The notes beneath the pieces are model-generated. The model did not search any database. It was given only the letters and a program-made list of their open reading frames with translations, and was not told the DNA's origin. Position numbers and translations under genes: made by a program. Of a stretch of 64,000 nt of DNA, positions 44,975-59,300 are shown one piece after another. Position 1 is the stretch's first letter; every line of letters starts with the position of its first letter. The DNA is from Eledone cirrhosa (taxonomy: Eukaryota): the NCBI GenBank assembly GCA_964016885.1, contig OZ024742.1:342798001-342862000 (forward strand), in the 5' to 3' direction.

Positions 44975-44990
44975 GGTATGATGTGATCTC
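44975..44990 (+). other. 20-bp monomer: 4-bp deletion (GGTATGAAGTATGTG to GGTATGATGTG)
   Basis: The sequence reads ctgtggtatg atgtgatctc at 44971-44990 and shifts the phase by -4. Confidence 0.95.
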
Positions 44991-47900
44991 CAGTGGTATG
45001 AAGTATGTGATCTCCAGTGGTATGAAGTATGTGATCTACAGTGGTATGAAGTATGTGATCTCCAGTGGTATGAAGTATGTGATATCCTGTGGTATGAAGT
45101 ATGTGATCTATAGTGGTATGAAGTATGTGATCTCCAGTGGTATGAAGTATGTGATATCCTGTGGTATGAAGTATGTGATCTCCAGTGGTATGAAGTATGT
45201 GATCTCCAGTGGTATGAAGTATGTGATATCCTGTGGTATGAAGTATGTGATCTCCAGTGGTATGAAATATGTGATCTATAGTGGTATGAAGTATGTGATC
45301 TCCAGTGGTACGAAGTATGTGATCTCCAGTGGTATGAAGTATGTGATCTCCAGTGGTATGAAGTATCTCAGCTCCAGTGGTATGAAGTATGTGATCTCCA
45401 GTGGTATAAAGTATGTGATCTCCAGTGGTATGAGGTATGTCAGCTCCAGTGGTATGAAGTATGTGATATCCTGTGGTATGAAGTATGTGATCTACAGTGG
45501 TATGAAGTATGTGATCTCCAGTGGTATGAAGTATGTGATCTACAGTGGTATGAAGTCTGTCAGCTCCAGTGGTATGAAGTATGTGATCTCCAGTGGTATG
45601 AAGTATGTGATCTCCAGTGGTATGAAGTATGTCAGCTCCATTGGTATGAAGTATGTGATCTCCAGTGGTATGAAGTATGTCAGCTCCAGTGGTATGAAGT
45701 ATGTGATCTCCAGTGGTATGAAGTATGTCAGCTCCAGTGGTATGAAGTATGTGATCTCCAGTGGTATGAAGTATGTGATCTCCAGTGGTATGAAGTATAT
45801 GATCTACAGTGGTATGAAGTATGTGATATCCTGTGGTATGAAGTATGTGATCTACAGTGGTATGAAGTATGTGATCTCCAGTGGTATGAAGTATGTCAGC
45901 TCCAGTGGTATGAAGCATATGATCTACAGTGGTATGAAGTATGCGATCTACAGTGGTATGAAGTATGTGATCTCCTGTGGTATGAAGTATGTGATCTACA
46001 GTGGTATGAAGTATGTTAGCTCCTGTGGTATGAAGTATGTGATCTCCAGTGGTATGAAGTATGTGATCTAAAGTGGTATGAAGTATGTGATCTACAGTGG
46101 TATGAAGTATGTGATCTACAGTGGTATGAAGTATGTGATATCCTGTGATATGAAGTATCTGATATCCTGTGGTATGAAGTATGTGATATCCTGTGGTATG
46201 AAGTATGTGATCTCCAGTGGTATGAAGTATGTCAACTCCAGGGGTATGAAGTATGTGATCTCCAGTGGTATGAAGTATGTGATCTCCAGTGGTATGAAGT
46301 ATGTCAGCTCCAGTGGTATGAAGTATGTGATATCCTGTGGTATGAAGTATGTGATCTACAGTGGTATGAAGTATGATATCTACAGTGGTATGAAGTATGT
46401 GATCTACAGTGGTATGAAGTATGTGATCTCCAGTGGTATGAAGTATGTGATCTCCAGTGGTATGAAGTATGTGATCTACAGTGGTATGAAGTATGTGATA
46501 TCCTGTGGTATGAAGTATGTGATCTCCAGTGGTATGAAGTATGTGATCTCCAGTGGTATGAAGTATGTGATCTCCAGTGGTATGAAGTATGTGATCTACA
46601 GTGGTATGAAGTATGTGATCTCCAGTGGTATGAAGTATGTGATATCCTGTGGTATGAAGTATGTGATCTATAGTGGTATGAAGTATGTGATCTCCAGTGG
46701 TATGAAGTATGTGATCTCCAGTGGTATGAAGTATGTGATCTCCAGTGGTATGAAGTATCTCAGCTCCAGTGGTATGAAGTATGTGATCTCCAGTGGTATA
46801 AAGTATGTGATCTCCAGTGGTATGAGGTATGTCAGCTCCAGTGGTATGAAGTATGTGATATCCAGTGGTATGAAGTATGTGATCTACAGTGGTATGAAGT
46901 ATGTGATCTCCAGTGGTATGAAGTATGTGATCTACAGTGGTATGAAGTATGTCAGCTCCAGTGGTATGAAGTATGTGATCTCCAGTGGTATGAAGTATGT
47001 GATCTCCAGTGGTATGAAGTATGTCAGCTCCAGTGGTATGAAGTATGTGATCTCCAGTGGTATGAAGTATGTGATCTCCAGTGGTATGAAGTATGTCAGC
47101 TCCAGTGGTATGAAGTATGTGATCTCCAGTGGTATGAAGTATGTCAGCTCCAGTGGTATGAAGTATGTGATCTCCAGTGGTATGAAGTATATGATCTACA
47201 GTGGTATGAAGTATGTGATATCCTGTGGTATGAAGTATGTGATCTACAGTGGTATGAAGTATGTGATCTCCAGCGGTATGAAGTATGTGATCTACAGGTG
47301 TATGAAGTATGTGATCTCCAGTGGTATGAAGTATGTGATAACCTGTGGTATGAAGTATGTGATATCCTGTGGTATGAAGTATGTGATCTACAGTGGTATG
47401 AAGTATGTGATCTCCAGTGGTATGAAGTATGTGATATCCTGTGGTATGAAGTATGTGATATCCAGTGGTATTAAGTATGTGATCTACAGTGGTATGAAGT
47501 ATGTGATCTGCTGTGGTATGAAGTATGTGATCTCCAGTGGTATGAAGTATGTGATCTCCTGTGGTATGAAGTATATGATCTACAGTGGTATGAAGTATGT
47601 GATATCCTGTGGTATGAAGTATGTGATCTACAGTGGTATGAAGTATGTGATCTCCAGTGGTATGAAGTATGTGATCTACAGGTGTATGAAGTATGTGATC
47701 TCCAGTGGTATGAAGTATGTGATAACCTGTGGTATGAAGTATGTGATATCCTGTGGTATGAAGTATGTGATCTACAGTGGTATGAAGTATGTGATCTCCA
47801 GTGGTATGAAGTATGTGATATCCTGTGGTATGAAGTATGTGATATCCAGTGGTATGAAGTATGTGAACTACAGTGGTATGAAGTATGTGATCTACAGTGG

Positions 47901-50900
47901 TATGAAGTATGTGATCTCCAGTGGTATGAAGTATGTGATATCCTGTGGTATGAAGTATGTGATCTCCAGTGGCATGAAGTATGTGATCTACAGTGGTATG
48001 AAGTATGTAATCTCCAGTGGTATGAAGTTTGTGATCTCCAGTGGTATGAAGTATGTGATCTCCAGTGGTATGAAGTATGTGATCTACAGTGGTATGAAGT
48101 ATGTAATCTCCAGTGGTATGAAGTATGTGATCTACAGTGGTATGAAGTATGTGATCTACAGTGGTATGAAGTATGTGATCTACAGTGGTATGAAGTATGT
48201 GATCTCCAGTGGTATGAAGTATGTAATCTACAGTGGTATGAAGTATGTGATCTCCAGTGGTATGAAGTATGTCAGCTCCAGTGGTATGAAGTATGTGATC
48301 TCCAGTGGTATGAAGTATGTGATCTCCAGTGGTATGAAGTATGTGATCTCCACTGGTATGAAATATGTGATCTACAGTGGTATGAAGTATGTGATCTCCA
48401 GTGGTATGAAGTATGTGATCTCCAGTGGTATGAAGTATGTGATCTCCAGTGGTATGAAGTATGTGATCTCCAGTGGTATGAAGTATGTGATATCCTGTGG
48501 TATGAAGTATGTCAGATCCAGTGGTATGAAGTATGTGATCTCCAGTTGTATGAAATATGTGATCTACAGTGGTATGAAGTATGTGATCTACAGTGGTATG
48601 AAGTATGTGATCTACAGTGGTATGAAGTATGTGATCTCCTGTGGTATGAAATATGTCAGCTCCAGTGGTATGAAGTATGTGATCTCCAGTGGTATGAAGT
48701 ATGTGATCTCCAGTGCTATGAAGTATGTAATCTACAGTGGTATGAAGTATGTGATCTCCAGTGGTATGAAGTATGTGATCTCCTGTGGTATGAAATATGT
48801 CAGCTCCAGTTGTATGAAGTATGTGATCTCCAGTGGTATGAAGTATGTGATCTCCAGTGGTATGAAATATGTGATCTACAGTGGTATGAAGTATGTGATC
48901 TCCAGTGGTATGAAGTATGTGATCTCCAGTGGTATGAAGTATGTGATCTCCAGTGGTATGAAGTATGTGATCTCCAGTGGTATGAAGTATGTGATATCCT
49001 GTGGTATGAAGTATGTGATCTCCAGTGGTATGAAGTATGTCAGCTCCAGTGGTATGAAGTATGTGATCTCCAGTGGTATGAAATATGTGATCTACAGTGG
49101 TATGAAGTATGTTAGCTCCAGTGGTATGAAGTATATGATCTACAGTGGTATGAAGTATGTCAGCTCCAGTGGTATGAAGTATGTGATCTCCAGTGGTATG
49201 AAGTATGTGATCTACAGTGGTATGAAGTATGTGATCTCCAGTGGTATGAAGTATGTGATCTCCAGTGGTATGAAGTATGTCAGCTCTAGTGGTATGAAGT
49301 ATGTGATATCCTGTGGTATGAAGTATGTGATCTACAGTGGTATGAAGTATGTGATCTCCAGTGGTATGAAGTATGTGATCTCCAGTGGTATGAAGTATGT
49401 GATCTACAGGTGTATGAAGTATGTGATCTCCAGTGGTATGAAGTATGTGATCTACAGTGGTATGAAGTATGTGATCTCCAGTGGTATGAAGTATGTGATC
49501 TACAGTGGTATGAAGTATGTCAGCTCCAGTGGTATGAAGTATGTGATCTCAAGTGGTATGAAGTATGTGATCTCCAGTGGTATGGAGTATGTCAGCTCCA
49601 GTGGTATGAAGTATGTGATCTCCAGTGGTATGAAGTATGTGATCTCCAGTGGTATGAAGTATGTCAGCTCCAGTGGTATGAAGTATGTGATCTCCAGTGG
49701 TATGAAGTATGTCAGCTCCAGTGGTATGAAGTATGTGATCTCCAGTGGTATGAATTATATGATCTACAGTGGTATGAAGTATGTGATATCCTGTGGTATG
49801 AAGTATGTGATCTACAGTGGTATGAAGTATGTGATCTCCAGTGGTATGAAGTATGTGATCTACAGGTGTATGAAGTATGTGATCTCCAGTGGTATGAAGT
49901 ATGTGATAACCTGTGGTATGAAGTATGTGATATCCTGTGGTATGAAGTATGTGATCTACAGTGGTATGAAGTATGTGATCTCCAGTGGTATGAAGTATGT
50001 GATATCCTGTGGTATGAAGTATGTGATATCCAGTGGTATTAAGTATGTGATCTACAGTGGTATGAAGTATGTGATCTGCTGTGGTATGAAGTATGTGATC
50101 TCCAGTGGTATGAAGTATGTGATCTCCTGTGGTATGAAGTATATGATCTACAGTGGTATGAAGTATGTGATATCCTGTGGTATGAAGTATGTGATCTACA
50201 GTGGTATGAAGTATGTGATCTCCAGTGGTATGAAGTATGTGATCTACAGGTGTATGAAGTATGTGATCTCCAGTGGTATGAAGTATGTGATAACCTGTGG
50301 TATGAAGTATGTGATATCCTGTGGTATGAAGTATGTGATCTACAGTGGTATGAAGTATGTGATCTCCAGTGGTATTAAGTATGTGATATCCTGTGGTATG
50401 AAGTATGTGATATCCAGTGGTATGAAGTATGTGATCTACAGTGGTATGAAGTATGTGATCTACAGTGGTATGAAGTATGTGATCTCCAGTGGTATGAAGT
50501 ATGTGATATCCTGTGGTATGAAGTATGTGATCTCCAGTGGCATGAAGTATGTGATCTACAGTGGTATGAAGTATGTAATCTCCAGTGGTATGAAGTTTGT
50601 GATCTCCAGTGGTATGAAGTATGTGATCTCCAGTGGTATGAAGTATGTGATCTACAGTGGTATGAAGTATGTAATCTCCAGTGGTATGAAGTATGTGATC
50701 TACAGTGGTATGAAGTATGTGATCTACAGTGGTATGAAGTATGTGATCTACAGTGGTATGAAGTATGTGATCTCCAGTGGTATGAAGTATGTAATCTACA
50801 GTGGTATGAAGTATGTGATCTCCAGTGGTATGAAGTATGTCAGCTCCAGTGGTATGAAGTATGTGATCTCCAGTGGTATGAAGTATGTGATCTCCAGTGG

Positions 50901-53329
50901 TATGAAGTATGTGATCTCCACTGGTATGAAATATGTGATCTACAGTGGTATGAAGTATGTGACCTCCAGTGGTATGAAGTATGTGATCTCCAGTGGTATG
51001 AAGTATGTGATCTCCAGTGGTATGAAGTATGTGATCTCCAGTGGTATGAAGTATGTGATATCCTGTGGTATGAAGTATGTCAGATCCAGTGGTATGAAGT
51101 ATGTGATCTCCAGTGGTATGAAATATGTGATCTACAGTGGTATGAAGTATGTGATCTACAGTGGTATGAAGTATGTGATCTACAGTGGTATGAAGTATGT
51201 GATCTCCTGTGGTATGAAATATGTCAGCTCCAGTGGTATGAAGTATGTGATCTCCAGTGGTATGAAGTATGTGATCTCCAGTGCTATGAAGTATGTAATC
51301 TACAGTGGTATGAAGTATGTGATCTCCAGTGGTATGAAGTATGTGATCTCCTGTGGTATGAAATATGTCAGCTCCAGTTGTATGAAGTATGTGATCTCCA
51401 GTGGTATGAAGTATGTGATCTCCAGTGGTATGAAATATGTGATCTACAGTGGTATGAAGTATGTGATCTCCAGTGGTATGAAGTATGTGATCTCCAGTGG
51501 TATGAAGTATGTGATCTCCAGTGGTATGAAGTATGTGATCTCCAGTGGTATGAAGTATGTGATATCCTGTGGTATGAAGTATGTGATCTCCAGTGGTATG
51601 AAGTATGTCAGCTCCAGTGGTATGAAGTATGTGATCTCCAGTGGTATGAAATATGTGATCTACAGTGGTATGAAGTATGTTAGCTCCAGTGGTATGAAGT
51701 ATATGATCTACAGTGGTATGAAGTATGTCAGCTCCAGTGGTATGAAGTATGTGATCTCCAGTGGTATGAAGTATGTGATCTACAGTGGTATGAAGTATGT
51801 GATCTCCAGTGGTATGAAGTATGTGATCTCCAGTGGTATGAAGTATGTCAGCTCCAGTGGTATGAAGTATGTGATATCCTGTGGTATGAAGTATGTGATC
51901 TACAGTGGTATGAAGTATGTGATCTCCAGTGGTATGAAGTATGTGATCTCCAGTGGTATGAAGTATGTGATCTACAGGTGTATGAAGTATGTGATCTCCA
52001 GTGGTATGAAGTATGTGATAACCTGTGGTATGAAGTATGTGATATCCTGTGGTATGAAGTATGTGATCTACAGTGGTATGAAGTATGTGATCTCCAGTGG
52101 TATGAAGTATGTGATATCCTGTGGTATGAAGTATGTGATATCCAGTGGTATGAAGTATGTGATCTACAGTGGTATGAAGTATGTGATCTACAGTGGTATG
52201 AAGTATGTGATCTCCAGTGGTATGAAGTATGTGATATCCTGTGGTATGAAGTATGTGATCTCCAGTGGCATGAAGTATGTGATCTACAGTGGTATGAAGT
52301 ATGTAATCTCCAGTGGTATGAAGTTTGTGATCTCCAGTGGTATGAAGTATGTGATCTCCAGTGGTATGAAGTATGTGATCTACAGTGGTATGAAGTATGT
52401 AATCTCCAGTGGTATGAAGTATGTGATCTACAGTGGTATGAAGTATGTGATCTACAGTGGTATGAAGTATGTGATCTACAGTGGTATGAAGTATGTGATC
52501 TCCAGTGGTATGAAGTATGTAATCTACAGTGGTATGAAGTATGTGATCTCCAGTGGTATGAAGTATGTCAGCTCCAGTGGTATGAAGTATGTGATCTCCA
52601 GTGGTATGAAGTATGTGATCTCCAGTGGTATGAAGTATGTGATCTCCACTGGTATGAAATATGTGATCTACAGTGGTATGAAGTTTGTGATCTCCAGTGG
52701 TATGAAGTATGTGATCTCCAGTGGTATGAAGTATGTGATCTCCAGTGGTATGAAGTATGTGATCTCCAGTGGTATGAAGTATGTGATATCCTGTGGTATG
52801 AAGTATGTCAGATCCAGTGGTATGAAGTATGTGATCTCCAGTGGTATGAAATATGTGATCTACAGTGGTATGAAGTATGTGATCTACAGTGGTATGAAGT
52901 ATGTGATCTACAGTGGTATGAAGTATGTGATCTCCTGTGGTATGAAATATGTCAGCTCCAGTGGTACGAAGTATGTGATCTCCAGTGGTATGAAGTATGT
53001 GATCTCCAGTGCTATGAAGTATGTAATCTACAGTGGTATGAAGTATGTGATCTCCAGTGGTATGAAGTATGTGATCTCCTGTGGTATGAAATATGTCAGC
53101 TCCAGTTGTATGAAGTATGTGATCTCCAGTGGTATGAAGTATGTGATCTCCAGTGGTATGAAATATGTGATCTACAGTGGTATGAAGTATGTGATCTCCA
53201 GTGGTATGAAGTATGTGATCTCCAGTGGTATGAAGTATGTGATCTCCAGTGGTATGAAGTATGTGATCTCCAGTGGTATGAAGTATGTGATATCCTGTGG
53301 TATGAAGTATGTGATCTCCAGTGGTATGA

Positions 53330-56300
53330 AGTATGTTAGCTCCAGTGGTATGAAGTATATGATCTACAGTGGTATGAAGTATGTCAGCTCCAGTGGTATG
53401 AAGTATGTGATCTCCAGTGGTATGAAGTATGTGATCTACAGTGGTATGAAGTATGTGATCTCCAGTGGTATGAAGTATGTGATCTCCAGTGGTATGAAGT
53501 ATGTCAGCTCCAGTGGTATGAAGTATGTGATATCCTGTGGTATGAAGTATGTGATCTACAGTGGTATGAAGTATGTGATCTCCAGTGGTATGAAGTATGT
53601 GATCTCCAGTGGTATGAAGTATGTGATCTACAGGTGTATGAAGTATGTGATCTCCAGTGGTATGAAGTATGTGATAACCTGTGGTATGAAGTATGTGATA
53701 TCCTGTGGTATGAAGTATGTGATCTACAGTGGTATGAAGTATGTGATCTCCAGTGGTATGAAGTATGTGATATCCTGTGGTATGAAGCATGTGATATCCA
53801 GTGGTATGAAGTATGTGATCTACAGTGGTATGAAGTATGTGATCTACAGTGGTATGAAGTATGTGATCTCCAGTGGTATGAAGTATGTGATATCCTGTGG
53901 TATGAAGTATGTGATCTCCAGTGGCATGAAGTATGTGATCTACAGTGGTATGAAGTATGTAATCTCCAGTGGTATGAAGTTTGTGATCTCCAGTGGTATG
54001 AAGTATGTGATCTCCAGTGGTATGAAGTATGTGATCTACAGTGGTATGAAGTATGTAATCTCCAGTGGTATGAAGTATGTGATCTACAGTGGTATGAAGT
54101 ATGTGATCTACAGTGGTATGAAGTATGTGATCTACAGTGGTATGAAGTATGTGATCTCCAGTGGTATGAAGTATGTAATCTACAGTGGTATGAAGTATGT
54201 GATCTCCAGTGGTATGAAGTATGTCAGCTCCAGTGGTATGAAGTATGTGATCTCCAGTGGTATGAAGTATGTGATCTCCAGTGGTATGAAGTATGTGATC
54301 TCCATTGGTATGAAATATGTGATCTACAGTGGTATGAAGTATGTGATCTCCAGTGGTATGAAGTATGTGATCTCCAGTGGTATGAAGTATGTGATCTCCA
54401 GTGGTATGAAGTATCTCAGCTCCAGTGGTATGAAGTATGTGATCTCCAGTGGTATAAAGTATGTGATCTCCAGTGGTATGAGGTATGTCAGCTCCAGTGG
54501 TATGAAGTATGTGATATCCTGTGGTATGAAGTATGTGATCTACAGTGGTATGAAGTATGTGATCTCCAGTGGTATGAAGTATGTGATCTACAGTGGTATG
54601 AAGTATGTCAGCTCCAGTGGTATGAAGTATGTGATCTCCAGTGGTATGAAGTATGTGATCTCCAGTGGTATGAAGTATGTCAGCTCCAGTGGTATGAAGT
54701 ATGTGATCTCCAGTGGTATGAAGTATGTGATCTCCAGTGGTATGAAGTATGTCAGCTCCAGTGGTATGAAGTATGTGATCTCCAGTGGTATGAAGTATGT
54801 CAGCTCCAGTGGTATGAAGTATGTGATCTCCAGTGGTATGAAGTATATGATCTACAGTGGTATGAAGTATGTGATATCCTGTGGTATGAAGTATGTGATC
54901 TACAGTGGTATGAAGTATGTGATCTCCAGTGGTATGAAGTATGTGCTCTACAGGTGTATGAAGTATGTGATCTCCAGTGGTATGAAGTATGTGATAACCT
55001 GTGGTATGAAGTATGTGATATCCTGTGGTATGAAGTATGTGATCTACAGTGGTATGAAGTATGTGATCTCCAGTGGTATGAAGTATGTGATATCCTGTGG
55101 TATGAAGTATGTGATATCCAGTGGTATTAAGTATGTAATCTACAGTGGTATGAAGTATGTGATCTGCTGTGGTATGAAGTATGTGATCTCCAGTGGTATG
55201 AAGTATGTGATCTCCTGTGGTATGAAGTATATGATCTACAGTGGTATGAAGTATGTGATATCCTGTGGTATGAAGTATGTGATCTACAGTGGTATGAAGT
55301 ATGTGATCTCCAGTGGTATGAAGTATGTGATCTACAGGTGTATGCAGTATGTGATCTCCAGTGGTATGAAGTATGTGATAACCTGTGGTATGAAGTATGT
55401 GATATCCTGTGGTATGAAGTATGTGATCTACAGTGGTATGAAGTATGTGATCTCCAGTGGTATGAAGTATGTGATATCCTGTGGTATGAAGTATGTGATA
55501 TCCAGTGGTATGAAGTATGTGATCTACAGTGGTATGAAGTATGTGATCTACAGTGGTATGAAGTATGTGATCTCCAGTGGTATGAAGTATGTGATATCCT
55601 GTGGTATGAAGTATGTGATCTCCAGTGGCATGAAGTATGTGATCTACAGTGGTATGAAGTATGTAATCTCCAGTGGTATGAAGTTTGTGATCTCCAGTGG
55701 TATGAAGTATGTGATCTCCAGTGGTATGAAGTATGTGATCTACAGTGGTATGAAGTATGTAATCTCCAGTGGTATGAAGTATGTGATCTACAGTGGTATG
55801 AAGTATGTGATCTACAGTGGTATGAAGTATGTGATCTACAGTGGTATGAAGTATGTGATCTCCAGTGGTATGAAGTATGTAATCTACAGTGGTATGAAGT
55901 ATGTGATCTCCAGTGGTATGAAGTATGTCAGCTCCAGTGGTATGAAGTATGTGATCTCCAGTGGTATGAAGTATGTGATCTCCAGTGGTATGAAGTATGT
56001 GATCTCCACTGGTATGAAATATGTGATCTACAGTGGTATGAAGTATGTGATCTCCAGTGGTATGAAGTATGTGATCTCCAGTGGTATGAAGTATGTGATC
56101 TCCAGTGGTATGAAGTATGTGATCTCCAGTGGTATGAAGTATGTGATATCCTGTGGTATGAAGTATGTCAGATCCAGTGGTATGAAGTATGTGATCTCCA
56201 GTGGTATGAAATATGTGATCTACAGTGGTATGAAGTATGTGATCTACAGTGGTATGAAGTATGTGATCTACAGTGGTATGAAGTATGTGATCTCCTGTGG

Positions 56301-59300
56301 TATGAAATATGTCAGCTCCAGTGGTATGAAGTATGTGATCTCCAGTGGTATGAAGTATGTGATCTCCAGTGCTATGAAGTATGTAATCTACAGTGGTATG
56401 AAGTATGTGATCTCCAGTGGTATGAAGTATGTGATCTCCTGTGGTATGAAATATGTCAGCTCCAGTTGTATGAAGTATGTGATCTCCAGTGGTATGAAGT
56501 ATGTGATCTCCAGTGGTATGAAATATGTGATCTACAGTGGTATGAAGTATGTGATCTCCAGTGGTATGAAGTATGTGATCTCCAGTGGTATGAAGTATGT
56601 GATCTCCAGTGGTATGAAGTATGTGATCTCCAGTGGTATGAAGTATGTGATATCCTGTGGTATGAAGTATGTGATCTCCAGTGGTATGAAGTATGTCAGC
56701 TCCAGTGGTATGAAGTATGTGATCTCCAGTGGTATGAAATATGTGATCTACAGTGGTATGAAGTATGTTAGCTCCAGTGGTATGAAGTATATGATCTACA
56801 GTGGTATGAAGTATGTCAGCTCCAGTGGTATGAAGTATGTGATCTCCAGTGGTACGAAGTAAGTGATCTACAGTGGTATGAAGTATGTGATCTCCAGTGG
56901 TATGAAGTATGTGATCTCCAGTGGTATGAAGTATGTCAGCTCTAGTGGTATGAAGTATGTGATATCCTGTGGTATGAAGTATGTGATCTACAGTGGTATG
57001 AAGTATGTGATCTCCAGTGGTATGAAGTATGTGATCTCCAGTGGTATGAAGTATGTGATCTACAGGTGTATGAAGTATGTGATCTCCAGTGGTATGAAGT
57101 ATGTGATCTACAGTGGTATGAAGTATGTGATCTCCAGTGGTATGAAGTATGTGATCTACAGTGGTATGAAGTATGTCAGCTCCAGTGGTATGAAGTATGT
57201 GATCTCCAGTGGTATGAAGTATGTCAGCTCCAGTGGTATGAAGTATGTGATCTCCAGTGGTATGAAGTATGTGATCTCCAGTGGTATGAAGTATGTCAGC
57301 TCCAGGTGTATGAAGTATGTGATCTCCAGTGGTATGAAGTATGTCAGCTCCAGTGGTATGAAGTATGTGATCTCCAGTGGTATGAAGTATATGATCTACA
57401 GTGGTATGAAGTATGTGATATCCTGTGGTATGAAGTATGTGATCTACAGTGGTATGAAGTATGTGATCTCCAGTGGTATGAAGTATGTGATCTACAGGTG
57501 TATGAAGTATGTGATCTCCAGTGGTATGAAGTATGTGATAACCTGTGGTATGAAGTATGTGATATCCTGTGGTATGAAGTATGTGATCTACAGTGGTATG
57601 ACGTATGTGATCTCCAGTGGTATGAAGTATGTGATATCCTGTGGTATGAAGTATGTGATATCCAGTGGTATTAAGTATGTGATCTACAGTGGTATGAAGT
57701 ATGTGATCTGCTGTGGTATGAAGTATGTGATCTCCAGTGGTATGAAGTATGTGATCTCCTGTGGTATGAAGTATATGATCTACAGTGGTATGAAGTATGT
57801 GATATCCTGTGGTATGAAGTATGTGATCTACAGTGGTATGAAGTATGTGATCTCCAGTGGTATGAAGTATGTGATCTACAGGTGTATGAAGTATGTGATC
57901 TCCAGTGGTATGAAGTATGTGATAACCTGTGGTATGAAGTATGTGATATCCTGTCGTATGAAGTATGTGATCTACAGTGGTATGAAGTATGTGATCTCCA
58001 GTGGTATTAAGTATGTGATATCCTGTGGTATGAAGTATGTGATATCCAGTGGTATGAAGTATGTGATCTACAGTGGTATGAAGTATGTGATCTACAGTGG
58101 TATGAAGTATGTGATCTCCAGTGGTATGAAGTATGTGATATCCTGTGGTATGAAGTATGTGATCTCCAGTGGCATGAAGTATGTGATCTACAGTGGTATG
58201 AAGTATGTAATCTCCAGTGGTATGAAGTTTGTGATCTCCAGTGGTATGAAGTATGTGATCTCCAGTGGTATGAAGTATGTGATCTACAGTGGTATGAAGT
58301 ATGTAATCTCCAGTGGTATGAAGTATGTGATCTACAGTGGTATGAAGTATGTGATCTACAGTGGTATGAAGTATGTGATCTACAGTGGTATGAAGTATGT
58401 GATCTCCAGTGGTATGAAGTATGTAATCTACAGTGGTATGAAGTATGTGATCTCCAGTGGTATGAAGTATGTCAGCTCCAGTGGTATGAAGTATGTGATC
58501 TCCAGTGGTATGAAGTATGTGATCTCCAGTGGTATGAAGTATGTGATCTCCACTGGTATGAAATATGTGATCTACAGTGGTATGAAGTATGTGATCTCCA
58601 GTGGTATGAAGTATGTGATCTCCAGTGGTATGAAGTATGTGATCTCCAGTGGTATGAAGTATGTGATCTCCAGTGGTATGAAGTATGTGATATCCTGTGG
58701 TATGAAGTATGTCAGATCCAGTGGTATGAAGTATGTGATCTCCAGTGGTATGAAATATGTGATCTACAGTGGTATGAAGTATGTGATCTACAGTGGTATG
58801 AAGTATGTGATCTACAGTGGTATGAAGTATGTGATCTCCTGTGGTATGAAATATGTCAGCTCCAGTGGTATGAAGTATGTGATCTCCAGTGGTATGAAGT
58901 ATGTGATCTCCAGTGCTATGAAGTATGTAATCTACAGTGGTATGAAGTATGTGATCTCCAGTGGTATGAAGTATGTGATCTCCTGTGGTATGAAATATGT
59001 CAGCTCCAGTTGTATGAAGTATGTGATCTCCAGTGGTATGAAGTATGTGATCTCCAGTGGTATGAAGTATGTGATCTACAGTGGTATGAAGTATGTAATC
59101 TCCAGTGGTATGAAGTATGTGATCTACAGTGGTATGAAGTATGTGATCTACAGTGGTATGAAGTATGTGATCTACAGTGGTATGAAGTATGTGATCTCCA
59201 GTGGTATGAAGTATGTAATCTACAGTGGTATGAAGTATGTGATCTCCAGTGGTATGAAGTATGTCAGCTCCAGTGGTATGAAGTATGTGATCTCCAGTGG

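Larger units (their letters stand above)
23560..46080. repeat. Irregular higher-order repeat domain with periods of about 5.0-7.4 kb
   Basis: The paired TCTAAAG monomers recur at ~23554, 28529, 34697 and 41729 (spacings 4975, 6168, 7032). ORF pairs 28634/34802, 32522/38690 and 32891/39059 are all offset by 6168 (257 monomers). Markers TCCGCT, GGTCTAC, GCGATC, TCAACT and CAGATCC..TGTAG keep their order. Confidence 0.85.
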
